This document shows, in pieces, positions 9,052 to 19,242 of a stretch of DNA of 52,493 bases (its first letter is position 1; each line of letters starts with the position of its first letter). Origin of the DNA: Nanobdellati archaeon. Its GTDB lineage: Archaea > Nanobdellota > Nanobdellia > UBA10117. A program made the translations under genes and the position numbers. The stretch covers positions 1-52,493 of the forward strand of contig JACQKZ010000014.1 of NCBI GenBank assembly GCA_016204275.1, written 5' to 3'. The notes beneath the pieces are model-generated. The model had not been told where the DNA came from, did not search any database, and saw only the letters and a program-made list of their open reading frames with translations.

Positions 9052-9807
9052 ATGCTATACCTAATAGGGCTTGGGCTTGATTGGAAGGACACTAGTTTGA
9101 AAGCCCTTGAGGCCCTGCACAAGTGCGATGATGTCTATCTTGAGAGTTATACATCTCTTTCGAACTATACAATTCTACAATTAGAAAAACTAATCGGAAA
9201 AAAAATAAAAGTCCTTGACAGAAAAAAAACTGAGGAGGAAATGCCATATCTAAAATTTGCACACTTAAAGGATACAGCAGTTTTAATCCACGGCGATCCT
9301 CTGAGTGCGACAACGCACTTCGAAATTCTTGCAGAAGCGCAAAAGGAAAAAATAGAAACAACCGTTATTCATGCGCCTTCAGTGTTTACCGCGATTGCAG
9401 AGACAGGGCTGAGCTTGTATCGCTTTGGAAAAGTTGCTTCAATCCCAATTCCGGAGAAAAATTTCCAGCCCGAAAGTTTTTTTGATATTTTAAAAGAAAA
9501 TTTATCTATTGGCGCGCACACCTTGTTTCTATTAGACCTGCGGCCAGATGAAAATAGGTTTTTACAAATCAAAGATGCAATTAAAGTTTTAACGGAAATT
9601 AACGTAAGAAGAAAAGAGAAATTATTTTCTGAAAATACTTTTATTGTTGCCTGCGCGCGGTTAGGCACTGCAACTAGTTTAATAAAATCCGGCACTGCGG
9701 CAGAGATTGCTAAAATAAATTTCGGCGAGCCGCCTTATTGTTTAATTGTGCCAGCCAAACTAAATCATAAAGAAGAAGAATATTTAAAGACAATGAGTGA
9801 TACGTAA
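9052..9807 (+). CDS. dph5: diphthine synthase
   Basis: MLYLIGLGL, LESYTS, GDPLSATTH, IHAPS, GLSLYRFGK, HTLFLLD. Confidence 0.95.
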   Translation: MLYLIGLGLDWKDTSLKALEALHKCDDVYLESYTSLSNYTILQLEKLIGKKIKVLDRKKTEEEMPYLKFAHLKDTAVLIHGDPLSATTHFEILAEAQKEKIETTVIHAPSVFTAIAETGLSLYRFGKVASIPIPEKNFQPESFFDILKENLSIGAHTLFLLDLRPDENRFLQIKDAIKVLTEINVRRKEKLFSENTFIVACARLGTATSLIKSGTAAEIAKINFGEPPYCLIVPAKLNHKEEEYLKTMSDT

Positions 9808-9809
9808 AC

Positions 9810-10310
9810 ATGGACAAACGATTAGTTGCTTCGCTGATTATCGGGCTAGCCATTCTCGCGTTTATCTTCGCAGGCCAGCAGAAACAAACAAGCTGGACTG
9901 AACAACAAATCCCGCCAGAAATTCAAAACACGAGCCAGCAGGTCAAAACTGGCATCCACGGCACAGTCACGCTAACTTCTGGGGATTGCATGCCAGGGGA
10001 ACCAAGCAGAACGCATCCATGCACCCAAACAAAAATCTCAAGGACAGTCTACATCCGCGAGCCAGCCACAATAGCTAACATGGATGGAACTTATTTGAAA
10101 ACAAAAACTAATTTGGTGGCTCAAATGACTTCTGATTCTAATGGATATTACGACGTTACTCTACCGGCCGGCACGTACAGCGTTTTCGTGGAAGATGGTA
10201 GTAAGGAGTACTGTAACTTCGGCGGCGGCTTAGGGGAAGAATGCCAAGTTACTGTAACAGATGGTGGGATGGCGGAGTTTAACATAGATATAAACAAAGC
10301 AGTTTATTAA
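9810..10310 (+). CDS. exported protein with carboxypeptidase-regulatory-like (transthyretin-like) domain
   Basis: Signal anchor; GIHGTV...GDCMP...SDSNGYY-x-V-x-LPAGTYSVFV. Confidence 0.7.
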   Translation: MDKRLVASLIIGLAILAFIFAGQQKQTSWTEQQIPPEIQNTSQQVKTGIHGTVTLTSGDCMPGEPSRTHPCTQTKISRTVYIREPATIANMDGTYLKTKTNLVAQMTSDSNGYYDVTLPAGTYSVFVEDGSKEYCNFGGGLGEECQVTVTDGGMAEFNIDINKAVY

Positions 10311-10398
10311 AATTTAGCCAACCAAATTCTAAACCCAAGAAATAGCCTTTTGAAGTGAGTTAACTTTATATGTCCTGCCAGCCAGCTAAAATGTGAAA

Positions 10399-10983
10399 AT
10401 GGCCAGCGTGGATTCTGAGATTGCAACAGAAATTACCGAGCTAAAGGAAATTGTCGCGGCGCATAATGAAATAATAAAAGCCGGCCAGAAAATAAAAAAC
10501 GCAGCCACACTGTTTAGGCGCAAGCCGCTGGATTGGGCAAACATACGCCAGATTTTATTCGGCGGGAGCGGCGCGGAAGCAGATTTAATGGAAGCCCAGT
10601 GGCAGCTGCGCCTCGCAGTTAATGAGGACCAGCGGTTTATTAGGCTGGCAAATGAGTTCGAGCGGTTTGTAATAGCAGATGGGCGCAGCAGGCTTTCGCG
10701 AATAGAAAATTCATGGGTAAATTCAGCCAGGCTGGCAGCAGCAAAGCTGAAAGCGGTTGCAGAATATATTGGCACAACAAAAACAAACCTGTTGCACATA
10801 GACAGGGAAATTAGCGAGTTTCTGAGGGACTATGCGGCGTTGCCGCATACATTCAACGCTACAGAGCGCCTCGCAAACAAGTTGATTGAAACTACTAACG
10901 TGTTCCCACAGACTACTGATTTGTTAAATAAAATAATAACTGACATAGAAAGAATGCTTAAAGTGCAAAAACAGCTCAGATAA
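10399..10983 (+). CDS. hypothetical helical protein
   Basis: About 194-aa ORF; TTTATA box upstream. Confidence 0.65.
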   Translation: MASVDSEIATEITELKEIVAAHNEIIKAGQKIKNAATLFRRKPLDWANIRQILFGGSGAEADLMEAQWQLRLAVNEDQRFIRLANEFERFVIADGRSRLSRIENSWVNSARLAAAKLKAVAEYIGTTKTNLLHIDREISEFLRDYAALPHTFNATERLANKLIETTNVFPQTTDLLNKIITDIERMLKVQKQLR

Positions 10984-11025
10984 ATCCAACTTGCTATTTA
11001 AGCGGGTTAGAGGGCTTGTAAAACG

Positions 11026-11099
11026 CACTGAAATGTGGGGTTTCAGTGAAAATGCTTTGCATTTTCGTGGTGATGGAAAATCCCTCCGGAATTTTTCAT
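11026..11099. repeat. three-hairpin palindromic element
   Basis: CACTGAAA/TTTCAGTG, GAAAATGC-TTT-GCATTTTC, ATGGAAAAT/ATTTTTCAT. Confidence 0.7.
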
Positions 11100-11149
11100 A
11101 AACACATGCGTTCCAATAAACTTTTAAATCTCTGCACTAATATAATCCT

Positions 11150-11512
11150 ATGGCTGCCGAAGAGATATTTAACAAAATAATTTCGAGACAGCTCAAGCTG
11201 GCTGGCGAGATAGATAAAATCGCGACGTCTGCCAACCTTTTGCGCAGCGACCTTACGCACGTGGCAAGCTTGGGCGAGCGTGTAAGGGCGAGAAAAAAGG
11301 AAAATGATGAATTGCGGGAAGCCTACAGAAAAATGGCCCGCGAAAAAGGCGTAACAGCTGTTGCGCTTAATGCCCAGATGACAAGAGTCATGCAGGCCGC
11401 AGCGTACGAAGGCAGCGCGCACAAGGATGCACACAGCATGCTCAAGCGCTTCGAAGAGCATTTTAAGGAAATTGAGGAAGGCATGCATCAGATACGTAAA
11501 CTGCTCAGATAG
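11150..11512 (+). CDS. hypothetical coiled-coil protein
   Basis: 120-aa helical ORF; CTTTTAAA box upstream. Confidence 0.65.
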   Translation: MAAEEIFNKIISRQLKLAGEIDKIATSANLLRSDLTHVASLGERVRARKKENDELREAYRKMAREKGVTAVALNAQMTRVMQAAAYEGSAHKDAHSMLKRFEEHFKEIEEGMHQIRKLLR

Positions 11513-11526
11513 TATTGTAGTTTAGA

Positions 11527-11558
11527 CAGTATACTGGCAGTATACTGCTGGTATACTA
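11527..11558. repeat. three tandem GTATAC palindromes
   Basis: CAGTATACTGG CAGTATACTGC TGGTATACTA between convergent genes. Confidence 0.6.
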
Positions 11559-12386
11559 TGTTGTAATCGGCCTTGTAATTGCTTCTTTTATTTTGCGCGG
11601 CACGTTTGCAAGCCAGTCCGTAAAATTATCCAGCCTGCGCTTGTTAGTAGCGGCTGCAACTATAGAATATGTGTCCCACTCCAGAATACTTTTTGGCACA
11701 TCGGTCGCTTTGTACCTGACGATTATTTTATTTTCACTCCCAACGTATGCCATTGAAATTGTTCTGCCATAGGTTTCGGGCGCGGCTGGCTTCACGACTG
11801 CGGGCATTGCTGGGCTGGCCGTAACTGGTGGTACTGGCGCCGCAACACCAAGCCTTGGAATTTTGCTTGCAACTAATTTTAAAGAATATGCAGCTTTTGG
11901 CGCAATAACATCTGTCACATATTTAGCAGCGTACGCTAGCCAAGGCAGGCCAAGTTTGTTTTGGCGCGCGAGTGCGGCATAGTATTTTAATTTTTCTTTT
12001 GGCTCAGGGCTTTCAATTTCAAATTTCATTCTGCCCAAGTAATCTGTTTTCTTTTTTATCTGCGAGCCAAGATAAGTTCCTGCAGCCAGGCCAGCTAAAC
12101 CGCCAGCAGGCCCGCCAAACCAGAAGCCAGCAATCAGGCCGGTTAAGCCACTGGCGGATGTTGCGCGCCAGCTTACCGGCGAAAATCCGCGCTTGATGCT
12201 TTTTATTAAATCTGATGGCGTGGTTCTGCAATACTCATAAAGGGAGAACTCGAATTTTATGTTCGCGTTGTAAGCGCCGCTTGAGGTTTGCTCGACAAGC
12301 CTGTCAGCTCTTCGCGGGACAGAGTCCACTATGTTTTCAATGCCCCAAGCCAGCTTGCCTAGTCCGATCATACGATACAACTGCAT
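11556..12386 (-). CDS. hypothetical protein with glycine zipper
   Basis: SGLTGLIAGFWFGGPAGGLAGLAAGTYLG; Pro/Ala linker. Confidence 0.65.
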   Translation of the reverse strand: MQLYRMIGLGKLAWGIENIVDSVPRRADRLVEQTSSGAYNANIKFEFSLYEYCRTTPSDLIKSIKRGFSPVSWRATSASGLTGLIAGFWFGGPAGGLAGLAAGTYLGSQIKKKTDYLGRMKFEIESPEPKEKLKYYAALARQNKLGLPWLAYAAKYVTDVIAPKAAYSLKLVASKIPRLGVAAPVPPVTASPAMPAVVKPAAPETYGRTISMAYVGSENKIIVRYKATDVPKSILEWDTYSIVAAATNKRRLDNFTDWLANVPRKIKEAITRPITT

Positions 12387-12468
12387 AGTAGTTATAAAAA
12401 GCTTTTGCTTGTCTTTTCGCGTATTCTACGAGGAATAGTTTTAAATAATAGCAGAATAAATTAATTAG

Positions 12469-13260
12469 ATGGCCATGGTGTTAACAGGCATTAAACGTTC
12501 TATTGTAGCGTTAGCTGCTTCGCTGACTTTGTTCGCGCCAGCTCTTGCGGCTAAGCCTACCGCGGCGGTGCAGGACGCGCTTGGCACAGCGTTTACTTAT
12601 CTATGTCCGAACAGCGATGCACTGCAATGCCCGACTCTTGATTTCATAACCGCGTTCGGAATTGTTTTTGGCGTAATACTTCTTGGCTTGTACTTGGTGC
12701 CGCAGTTCAAGGACGCAGAAGGGCCGGCAAAGGCCGCGCTTACATTGATCGCGGTTTTCATGGGATTAGGAACTGCGATTTATGTCTGGTTCCAGAAGAT
12801 TCCATTTACTGGTTTTATCGCGCCGATGGGCCTGTTCCTGACAGCAATTGTCCTTGCGCTTATCGCCGCAAATGTTTTATTGGCAATGCGCACCGGCGAA
12901 ATGTCCAGTGCACATTATGTTTTGGTTGGCGGTTTGGTTCTGTTTATCGCAGGCATAGCGTTATATTATTTTGGACAGCCTGACTGGGGCGCCATGCTGG
13001 GGTTAATTGGTGTATTCGGGCTAGTAATCGGCGGCGTGATGATTGGCATGACTGGCAGGTCAGAGGGAGCATCTTTGTTTGGTGGGGGTGGCGGTGCAAG
13101 AGAAGCGGACGTTGCAAGGGATGTGGCGGGCGCAGGCGGAACGCTTCACGGACTTGACGAAGCAGCAGCGACACCAGACCCTACAGCAAGAAGGGCGGCG
13201 GAAACTGAGGAGTGGGAGCGGCTGATAGCAGAGATGGGCGACATAGTTGGTAGGACATAA
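12469..13260 (+). CDS. polytopic membrane protein with signal peptide
   Basis: Signal ending ALA, about 5 TM helices, Gly/Ala-rich cytoplasmic tail. Confidence 0.7.
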   Translation: MAMVLTGIKRSIVALAASLTLFAPALAAKPTAAVQDALGTAFTYLCPNSDALQCPTLDFITAFGIVFGVILLGLYLVPQFKDAEGPAKAALTLIAVFMGLGTAIYVWFQKIPFTGFIAPMGLFLTAIVLALIAANVLLAMRTGEMSSAHYVLVGGLVLFIAGIALYYFGQPDWGAMLGLIGVFGLVIGGVMIGMTGRSEGASLFGGGGGAREADVARDVAGAGGTLHGLDEAAATPDPTARRAAETEEWERLIAEMGDIVGRT

Positions 13261-13261
13261 A

Positions 13262-13906
13262 ATGGCAGAACCAAGCGCGGCACAAGTTAACATGCTAAGA
13301 AAGGCAATAGCAAAAAGAATTTTGCAAATCTCAGAAGTCGCGCTTAAAAAAGCAAAAGCAGGTTTGGATACATCAAAAGAAAGAGAACTTGTTAAAAAGT
13401 ATTACAATGATTTGGCGCGAGCAGAAATAAGTTTCCGCACGATTTACGCAAAATGGTGGCGGGCAGCAGGCGCTGTTAGAGAGGCAGAGTACATAACTGC
13501 AAGACAACTGGGCCAAATATATGTTGTAGTAAAAGAGGTACGAAGTAAGCTCATTAAAGCTAAAAAAACTAATCCTGGAAGCGCAAACATACAAAATTAT
13601 TTAGCAAACTTCACAACTATTGCAAGAGCATTAGTTCAAGCAGAAAAGGCAGTAAATGATATTATCGCTGTTGGAACAGCCAGAGGAACAAAAAAACACG
13701 TAGCCGGATTAAAAAAGTACATAAAAGAAGCCCGCAACATCCTATATAATGTATTTGTTAAAAATCGCAATCCTTCGTCAGTTTTTTTTAAGATAGTTGG
13801 TAATTCAACTATGCGAAATATAGATGGCGCTATAATACTATGCGATAAAATTTTGAAAGAAGAAAACATGGCAGAGTCAATATTAAGAGGTGCAGGAAAA
13901 CTTTAG
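13262..13906 (+). CDS. basic helical hypothetical protein
   Basis: ATG directly after the previous stop; K/R/A/I-rich. Confidence 0.65.
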   Translation: MAEPSAAQVNMLRKAIAKRILQISEVALKKAKAGLDTSKERELVKKYYNDLARAEISFRTIYAKWWRAAGAVREAEYITARQLGQIYVVVKEVRSKLIKAKKTNPGSANIQNYLANFTTIARALVQAEKAVNDIIAVGTARGTKKHVAGLKKYIKEARNILYNVFVKNRNPSSVFFKIVGNSTMRNIDGAIILCDKILKEENMAESILRGAGKL

Positions 13907-14020
13907 ACAAAATATTAAATAAGTGCTGGCATTCCAGTGCGGTGGATGCGATAATCTTATAAATAAGCAAGATATAATAAAGTTAGTATTATGGTCTCTG
14001 GTAGACTGTGAGGTAAAAAA

Positions 14021-14644
14021 ATGGATTGGAGAAATAGTTTAAAGACATTAAAAACTGCGGTATGGTCAAAGGGCGGCGCGATAGGAAATCAGTTGCGGAC
14101 CGCAGGCGCTAATACAAAACTTCGGACGCGCGTGTCAGCACAGCACCTTCGTGCAGCTTTTCTAGAAGAAAGTTATTTGCTGGCAATAGACAAGTCACTT
14201 CATAGTGCGATGAATCGCGTCGACCCGGAAATTAGGGCAGAGATGGAAAGTGATAAGCGCATATTAGTCGGCGCGGAAAGTGCCGCAATTACAACTCATA
14301 ACATACAGCTTCAGATAACTTATTTAGAGTCAGATATTAAAAAAATCCAAAGGCTGATTAAGCTTGAGAAACAATATAATGGACTCAATGCATACGCCCC
14401 GAAAATTGTAGCCGAAAAGATGCGGCTAGTAGAGCAGTTGCACGTATTATTTGCAGATACGGATAAAAAAATCGCAAAAATAGATGCACAATTGGAATGG
14501 CTGTATAAAGTTACTGCAAAATTGCAGTTGACAAGACAGACTGCAGAAGCAGAGCATGTGCATATATATCAATACATACGGTATGCGCGCCGCACATTAG
14601 GGCAATACAAGAGCGTTCTGGCAGGGTTGAATAAACTAGCTTAA
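14021..14644 (+). CDS. hypothetical helical protein
   Basis: 207 aa; GAGGT RBS upstream. Confidence 0.65.
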   Translation: MDWRNSLKTLKTAVWSKGGAIGNQLRTAGANTKLRTRVSAQHLRAAFLEESYLLAIDKSLHSAMNRVDPEIRAEMESDKRILVGAESAAITTHNIQLQITYLESDIKKIQRLIKLEKQYNGLNAYAPKIVAEKMRLVEQLHVLFADTDKKIAKIDAQLEWLYKVTAKLQLTRQTAEAEHVHIYQYIRYARRTLGQYKSVLAGLNKLA

Positions 14645-15303
14645 TTATAACCCTGATTAATTATTTTTTTTAATTCAGTTTTTGTTTTTTCTAACAGCTT
14701 TCCAGTCCGTAAAACATAATTAACTTTTGTCCGCAGCAACTTAGGCCCAACATCATTTGAGAATTTTAGTTTTATGTTTACAATGTTGGTTGTCAGTCCG
14801 TATTGCTCAATCATGCCATTGAGCAGAGCCGCAGATTCGGAATAAACCGAACCCATACATACTAAATTATCAATGCAATTATCTCTCAAAGCAACTTCGC
14901 CCTCTGGCGCGGTTTCAAACACAGCGATTAAATCATCATACATTTTTGCAGCAAGCCGCAGGCCTGCAGCACCGCTCTTTAGAAGATTTACAGTGCGATT
15001 TAAATCTAACAAGGTTTTTTCTCCAACAGCCTTGGCAACAAAACCGAGCAGCTCTTTTCTTTCAGCAAGTGCTTCTTCGAGGGACCTAAGCTCAGGATGA
15101 TTGCTTTTTTCCCGCTGGCCTTCAGATAGGCTAATAACAGTTGTAGCTGCCTGCTCACTTACCCTGCCAGCAATCGCGCAAAGGTCTAACATTTGTACAA
15201 CATTGCCTAAAACAAAATCAGATTCATCTTCGCCTCCGCTGGCGCAAATATATGTTAGGTAGTGGCTGGATTTTGGAATTTGCCCGCGCCCGATAAATTT
15301 CAT
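14641..15303 (-). CDS. hypothetical protein, paralog of 15300-15947
   Basis: Shared blocks LTY, GLxLAxxMYxDL, NxxGPxxxxxKxNxxxR, TKxELxKI. Confidence 0.7.
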   Translation of the reverse strand: MKFIGRGQIPKSSHYLTYICASGGEDESDFVLGNVVQMLDLCAIAGRVSEQAATTVISLSEGQREKSNHPELRSLEEALAERKELLGFVAKAVGEKTLLDLNRTVNLLKSGAAGLRLAAKMYDDLIAVFETAPEGEVALRDNCIDNLVCMGSVYSESAALLNGMIEQYGLTTNIVNIKLKFSNDVGPKLLRTKVNYVLRTGKLLEKTKTELKKIINQGYN

Positions 15304-15947
15304 AATTTTCCCCCCAGCACTTGTTTGAAATAACCCACTAATCCAACTGCCGAAAATGGGTATCGGTGTCCACTAATTTTTTCTAATTCTAATTTTGTTT
15401 CGTTAGATATTTCATTGCTACGAATTATAGCATTAATTTTTTCCTGTATGATGTCAGGCCCAAATTTATTTGCAACTTTTGCGTCTATATTTGTATTCGT
15501 AAGGACTATATTATTGTGTGCTGCGCCAAGCTGTTCCATAATGCCCGCAGGCACAATGTAAACCATTTCAAGCCGCGCTAGCTTTCTAAAAAAAAGCCGT
15601 TGTGAATCTATCGGCAAATCCGCGGTAGACTCTACAAGCTTTGTTAGATCGGAGTACATATCTTTTGCTAAAGTGAGTCCGTAAACACCGCTAAGCACTA
15701 TCATCCATGCTTTATCCACACTTAATGTTGTGGTATTATCTAATAAATCCGCAAGTGCATCATCGTTTAAATTAGCCGGCAGCCCGAACTCAACTTGCCC
15801 GCGGGCATGCAGGTCTTTGTCAGGGGCATAATTTTTTACAATCAGATAAAAAATATTTGTAAGACAAACAGCTCTCTGCCTTACGCGCTTAATTTCTTCA
15901 TCTGCGTTCGCAACCAAATAAGTTAAATCGTATGCCGGATTAGACAT
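15300..15947 (-). CDS. hypothetical protein, paralog of 14641-15303
   Basis: Same shared blocks; 4-bp overlap with the next gene. Confidence 0.7.
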   Translation of the reverse strand: MSNPAYDLTYLVANADEEIKRVRQRAVCLTNIFYLIVKNYAPDKDLHARGQVEFGLPANLNDDALADLLDNTTTLSVDKAWMIVLSGVYGLTLAKDMYSDLTKLVESTADLPIDSQRLFFRKLARLEMVYIVPAGIMEQLGAAHNNIVLTNTNIDAKVANKFGPDIIQEKINAIIRSNEISNETKLELEKISGHRYPFSAVGLVGYFKQVLGGKL

Positions 15948-16000
15948 ATATTATTTGGCACCAAAAGTTATTTAAGCATTCCTACTGCTCAAGTAAACAA

Positions 16001-17872
16001 ATGCCAATTCCTGTCCAGCAAGACATAATCGGCCACACCTACCGGGATGCCTGGCAGGCCGCAGGGGGCGCCCTGAAACAGAAAACACCAAATGGACTAG
16101 AAAGTATTTTGGAAAATCTAGGCATTGATGAACATGCAATAGTTTCCAGCGCGGATGAAGCCTGGTGGGTTTTAGCTGCGGCCAGTACATACGAACCAAA
16201 CTCGATTCACCTGGCAGAGGCCAGCGATGTTTTCGGCGACGGAAGATTTGTGTTTCCAGTTCCGGTTTATTTGGAAAGAGAGGAAAAGCCAGGCCTGCTG
16301 CATCGCCTGAGGGAGAATCATCCCTATCTGTATAAAGGGCTTGTTGTCGCAACAGTCATTGGAACTATGGGCTTGGCAGCCGCTGCAGGTTTCACAATAG
16401 TAAAACACGCGGGCGCGCAGAATGAAACCGAATGCGATGCCAGAATATATAACGTAAGAATCACTAAGGATTTCAATGAATCAAGTCATTGGGACGGGCT
16501 TCCAGTTATGGTATATTATCAAGAGGAACTAAGCTGCGATTTTTCGGGATGGGATGTATCTATTAAATTTGTTTCAGATAATAATACATCAGAGGCATCT
16601 GGTACCGGACTGGCAACTTTCTCAAAAAAAGGAGTGCATAACTGGTCTACCGCAGCCATACTCCTGACGGGCCAGAATCCAAAGCTAATAATTAATAAAA
16701 CATTCTGGCAGGGCAGCGGCCAGCCAGCCATACATATCAGTTATGTTACAGATATTTTTATTTCCTACTCAGATAAAGTTGTCAAATGGGCAATAAACAA
16801 CGCGCCAACACTAAGGTTTGACTCGCGCGAAAAATATTTTCCAACAGATCCGTACGGCGACGGGGATGCAGATGTTAAAAATAATCCAGGCAACTGGCCG
16901 CAAAAGTTTTCTGGCAGGCCAGTAATTTTCTATTCAATAAAAGACGAAATCTTGTACTTAAGTGATGATGCAAAGGTACATCCCGAAGATTATAAAGATG
17001 ATTTAGAAAGTAAGGTGTATGTTCAATACTGGGCGCACTATGTCTGGAACGAGTGGCGCGGAACGGATAAGCACAAACTAGACAATGAACTTATGGTAAA
17101 AGAAGTTGACAGGCAGACAGGCGAAGTCACAAGAACATCGATGAGCATGCATATCTGGAACAATGTTTATGATGGAAATGTTTCTACCGCGTATGTTGAA
17201 AATGGCAGCCATGGCATGTCAAAAGACGGAAAGAGCTTTTTCTTGGAAGATTTTTCAACTGTTGGCATTACACTTACGCCAGATGATTATGAAATCAAAC
17301 CGCTAGACGTAATGGAAAACTATCGCGATCAGGATTTCCCAGGGGACCGCGGAAAATTCCCGGGGGAACAGGAGCGCCATAATAATCCTGAAAAAACATT
17401 TGAAACAATAAGCTGGCCAAAGTCTTTGGCATTCTCAGTCAAAAATAGTCCAAACTTGGAATTAATTTTAAAAAATCCAAATGTTGCGGCTGTCCAGCAG
17501 GGCGAGACAGTTTACGCGGTTAATAATATCGGCTCGGAATTTTTAAGTTCAATTGAGTTCAAAACTACTGGCAGGCAAACCGAAACATACAACACAGAAA
17601 TTAAAATCGAGTATAATAATATGGTTAAAACCGCCAGTGTAACTTTATCAACGAAGCCAGGCCAGCCCCAGTATTTTCAGGCGAATGAAAGTGGATTAGA
17701 ACTTGATAAAGATGGCGATGGGCTTAAAGAAACGCATGTCCAGTACTCCTCAGGCCAGCCTGTTAGCGCAGGGCTAAAAGAAAAAATCCTCGTTGCAGGC
17801 ATAGCAGCAGGCGGCGCAATAGCAGGAATTTTGGGTTTTGGAGCGTGGCGCAAAAAGCGGAAAAGTTTATAA
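16001..17872 (+). CDS. surface protein: N-terminal leader domain, internal signal, Vps62/NPP1-like region, C-terminal TM anchor
   Basis: APTLRFDSREKYFP and VQYWAHYVWNEW...HKLDNE motifs; DKDGDG loop; TM + RKKRK tail. Confidence 0.65.
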   Translation: MPIPVQQDIIGHTYRDAWQAAGGALKQKTPNGLESILENLGIDEHAIVSSADEAWWVLAAASTYEPNSIHLAEASDVFGDGRFVFPVPVYLEREEKPGLLHRLRENHPYLYKGLVVATVIGTMGLAAAAGFTIVKHAGAQNETECDARIYNVRITKDFNESSHWDGLPVMVYYQEELSCDFSGWDVSIKFVSDNNTSEASGTGLATFSKKGVHNWSTAAILLTGQNPKLIINKTFWQGSGQPAIHISYVTDIFISYSDKVVKWAINNAPTLRFDSREKYFPTDPYGDGDADVKNNPGNWPQKFSGRPVIFYSIKDEILYLSDDAKVHPEDYKDDLESKVYVQYWAHYVWNEWRGTDKHKLDNELMVKEVDRQTGEVTRTSMSMHIWNNVYDGNVSTAYVENGSHGMSKDGKSFFLEDFSTVGITLTPDDYEIKPLDVMENYRDQDFPGDRGKFPGEQERHNNPEKTFETISWPKSLAFSVKNSPNLELILKNPNVAAVQQGETVYAVNNIGSEFLSSIEFKTTGRQTETYNTEIKIEYNNMVKTASVTLSTKPGQPQYFQANESGLELDKDGDGLKETHVQYSSGQPVSAGLKEKILVAGIAAGGAIAGILGFGAWRKKRKSL

Positions 17873-17908
17873 ACAGCAGTCGATAAGCGAATTAATAAGA
17901 GGTATGAA

Positions 17909-18550
17909 ATGGTCATTTCATTTTTAGCACAAGCCGCAGAAGAAACAGCCAAGGCATTCCCGACAACAGTCTCGCAGGTTTCTGGCGTGGCGCCATTGGA
18001 TAACGTTATTGCGCTTTTGCAGCAGTTTGGATTCTTCCGTGTTGTCCTGCCGTTCTTATTAGTTTTTGCACTATTTTATGGCGTATTATTAAAAACCGGA
18101 GTTTTGGGCGAGCATGATAAGCCATGGGTAAAATCAGTAACCGCGATAATAAGTTTGGCGGCAGCCTTTTTTGTAATTGGCTACACGCCGGTTGTTGATG
18201 CGCTGGTAGTATTTATACCACAGGCATCTTTCCTGTTAGTTATTGCACTTGTAGTTTTGATGGTGTTTGCGTTTTTCGGTTTTAAGACAGAGAGTGCGTT
18301 AGGGGATGCAAAGCCATGGACGTGGGCGCTTATAATTCCAGTAATTTTGATTGTGATTGCAATGGTTGGTTCTGCGGCTGGCAAGAACATACCAGTTCTG
18401 TCAGGGCTTACACAGTTTTTAATTGGCCAGGGGGCACCATTTGAGCTAACGCCAGACACGCAGGCACTTTTGCTTGGCCTTGGCTTGATAATTGGCCTGC
18501 CATTAGTAATAGTTTATCTTGTTCTCAAGAGTTCTGGCGGCGACGAGTAG
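17909..18550 (+). CDS. conserved archaeal 5-TM membrane protein
   Basis: GFFRVVLPFLLVFALFYGVLLKT motif; related to the next gene. Confidence 0.75.
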   Translation: MVISFLAQAAEETAKAFPTTVSQVSGVAPLDNVIALLQQFGFFRVVLPFLLVFALFYGVLLKTGVLGEHDKPWVKSVTAIISLAAAFFVIGYTPVVDALVVFIPQASFLLVIALVVLMVFAFFGFKTESALGDAKPWTWALIIPVILIVIAMVGSAAGKNIPVLSGLTQFLIGQGAPFELTPDTQALLLGLGLIIGLPLVIVYLVLKSSGGDE

Positions 18551-18647
18551 TGATACGATTATATCGTTAGTTACGGCGCCAATGTAACCCAAAAATTACC
18601 GAGCAGGGCAGGCAAAGATTTATATTCTATCTATTAAATAGATAAAC

Positions 18648-19223
18648 ATGGCCGCGTTGATCGATGCAGTAGGAATACTTAGCAAGATGGGTTTTTATCA
18701 GACGATCTTCCCGTGGCTTTTAGTTACCGCCATGATGTATGGCCTGCTGACAAAGTATAAGATGTTTGGCGAAAAGTCCGGCACAATTAATATAATAATT
18801 TCTTCGATTGTCGGCCTTGTGTTTATATCATTTGTAAAGGCATCACTATTTTTGCAGAATGTCCTGCCATTCGTAACTGCATTCATAATTATGCTGTTCT
18901 TCCTGATGATGATATTCCTTTTTGTTGGCGTAAAAGAGGAGACAATAGGAGAGGCGTTCAAGCAGCCCTCGCTCTACTGGCCGCTCGTACTTATTTTCCT
19001 TGTTTTTACATTTATAGTTATTCCGCAAATATTTCCTGAGCTGGCAATCGGCGCAAATCCAGAGCTCGCATCACAACTAAATTATACTGCTAACCAGCAG
19101 CCCCAAGACATTTTGTTTCAGCAGTCCCTCGGCATAATATTCAGCCCGAAAGTGGTTGGCTTGTCAATAATGATTTTGATTTTTGCAATTGGAACTTATT
19201 TTATAACAAGAGAACAAATATAA
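18648..19223 (+). CDS. conserved archaeal 5-TM membrane protein
   Basis: GFYQTIFPWLLV...YGLLTK...INIIIS; paralog-like to 17909-18550. Confidence 0.75.
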   Translation: MAALIDAVGILSKMGFYQTIFPWLLVTAMMYGLLTKYKMFGEKSGTINIIISSIVGLVFISFVKASLFLQNVLPFVTAFIIMLFFLMMIFLFVGVKEETIGEAFKQPSLYWPLVLIFLVFTFIVIPQIFPELAIGANPELASQLNYTANQQPQDILFQQSLGIIFSPKVVGLSIMILIFAIGTYFITREQI

Positions 19224-19242
19224 TAATATAATTGCTGAACTT

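Noticed and set aside
12469-13906. Single frameshifted gene joining 12469-13260 and 13262-13906
   Set aside because: A clean stop is followed directly by ATG, and composition differs; two coupled genes is the simpler reading
13916-13967. TAAATAAG repeat pair around a small hairpin
   Set aside because: Too short and AT-rich to distinguish from promoter boxes or chance
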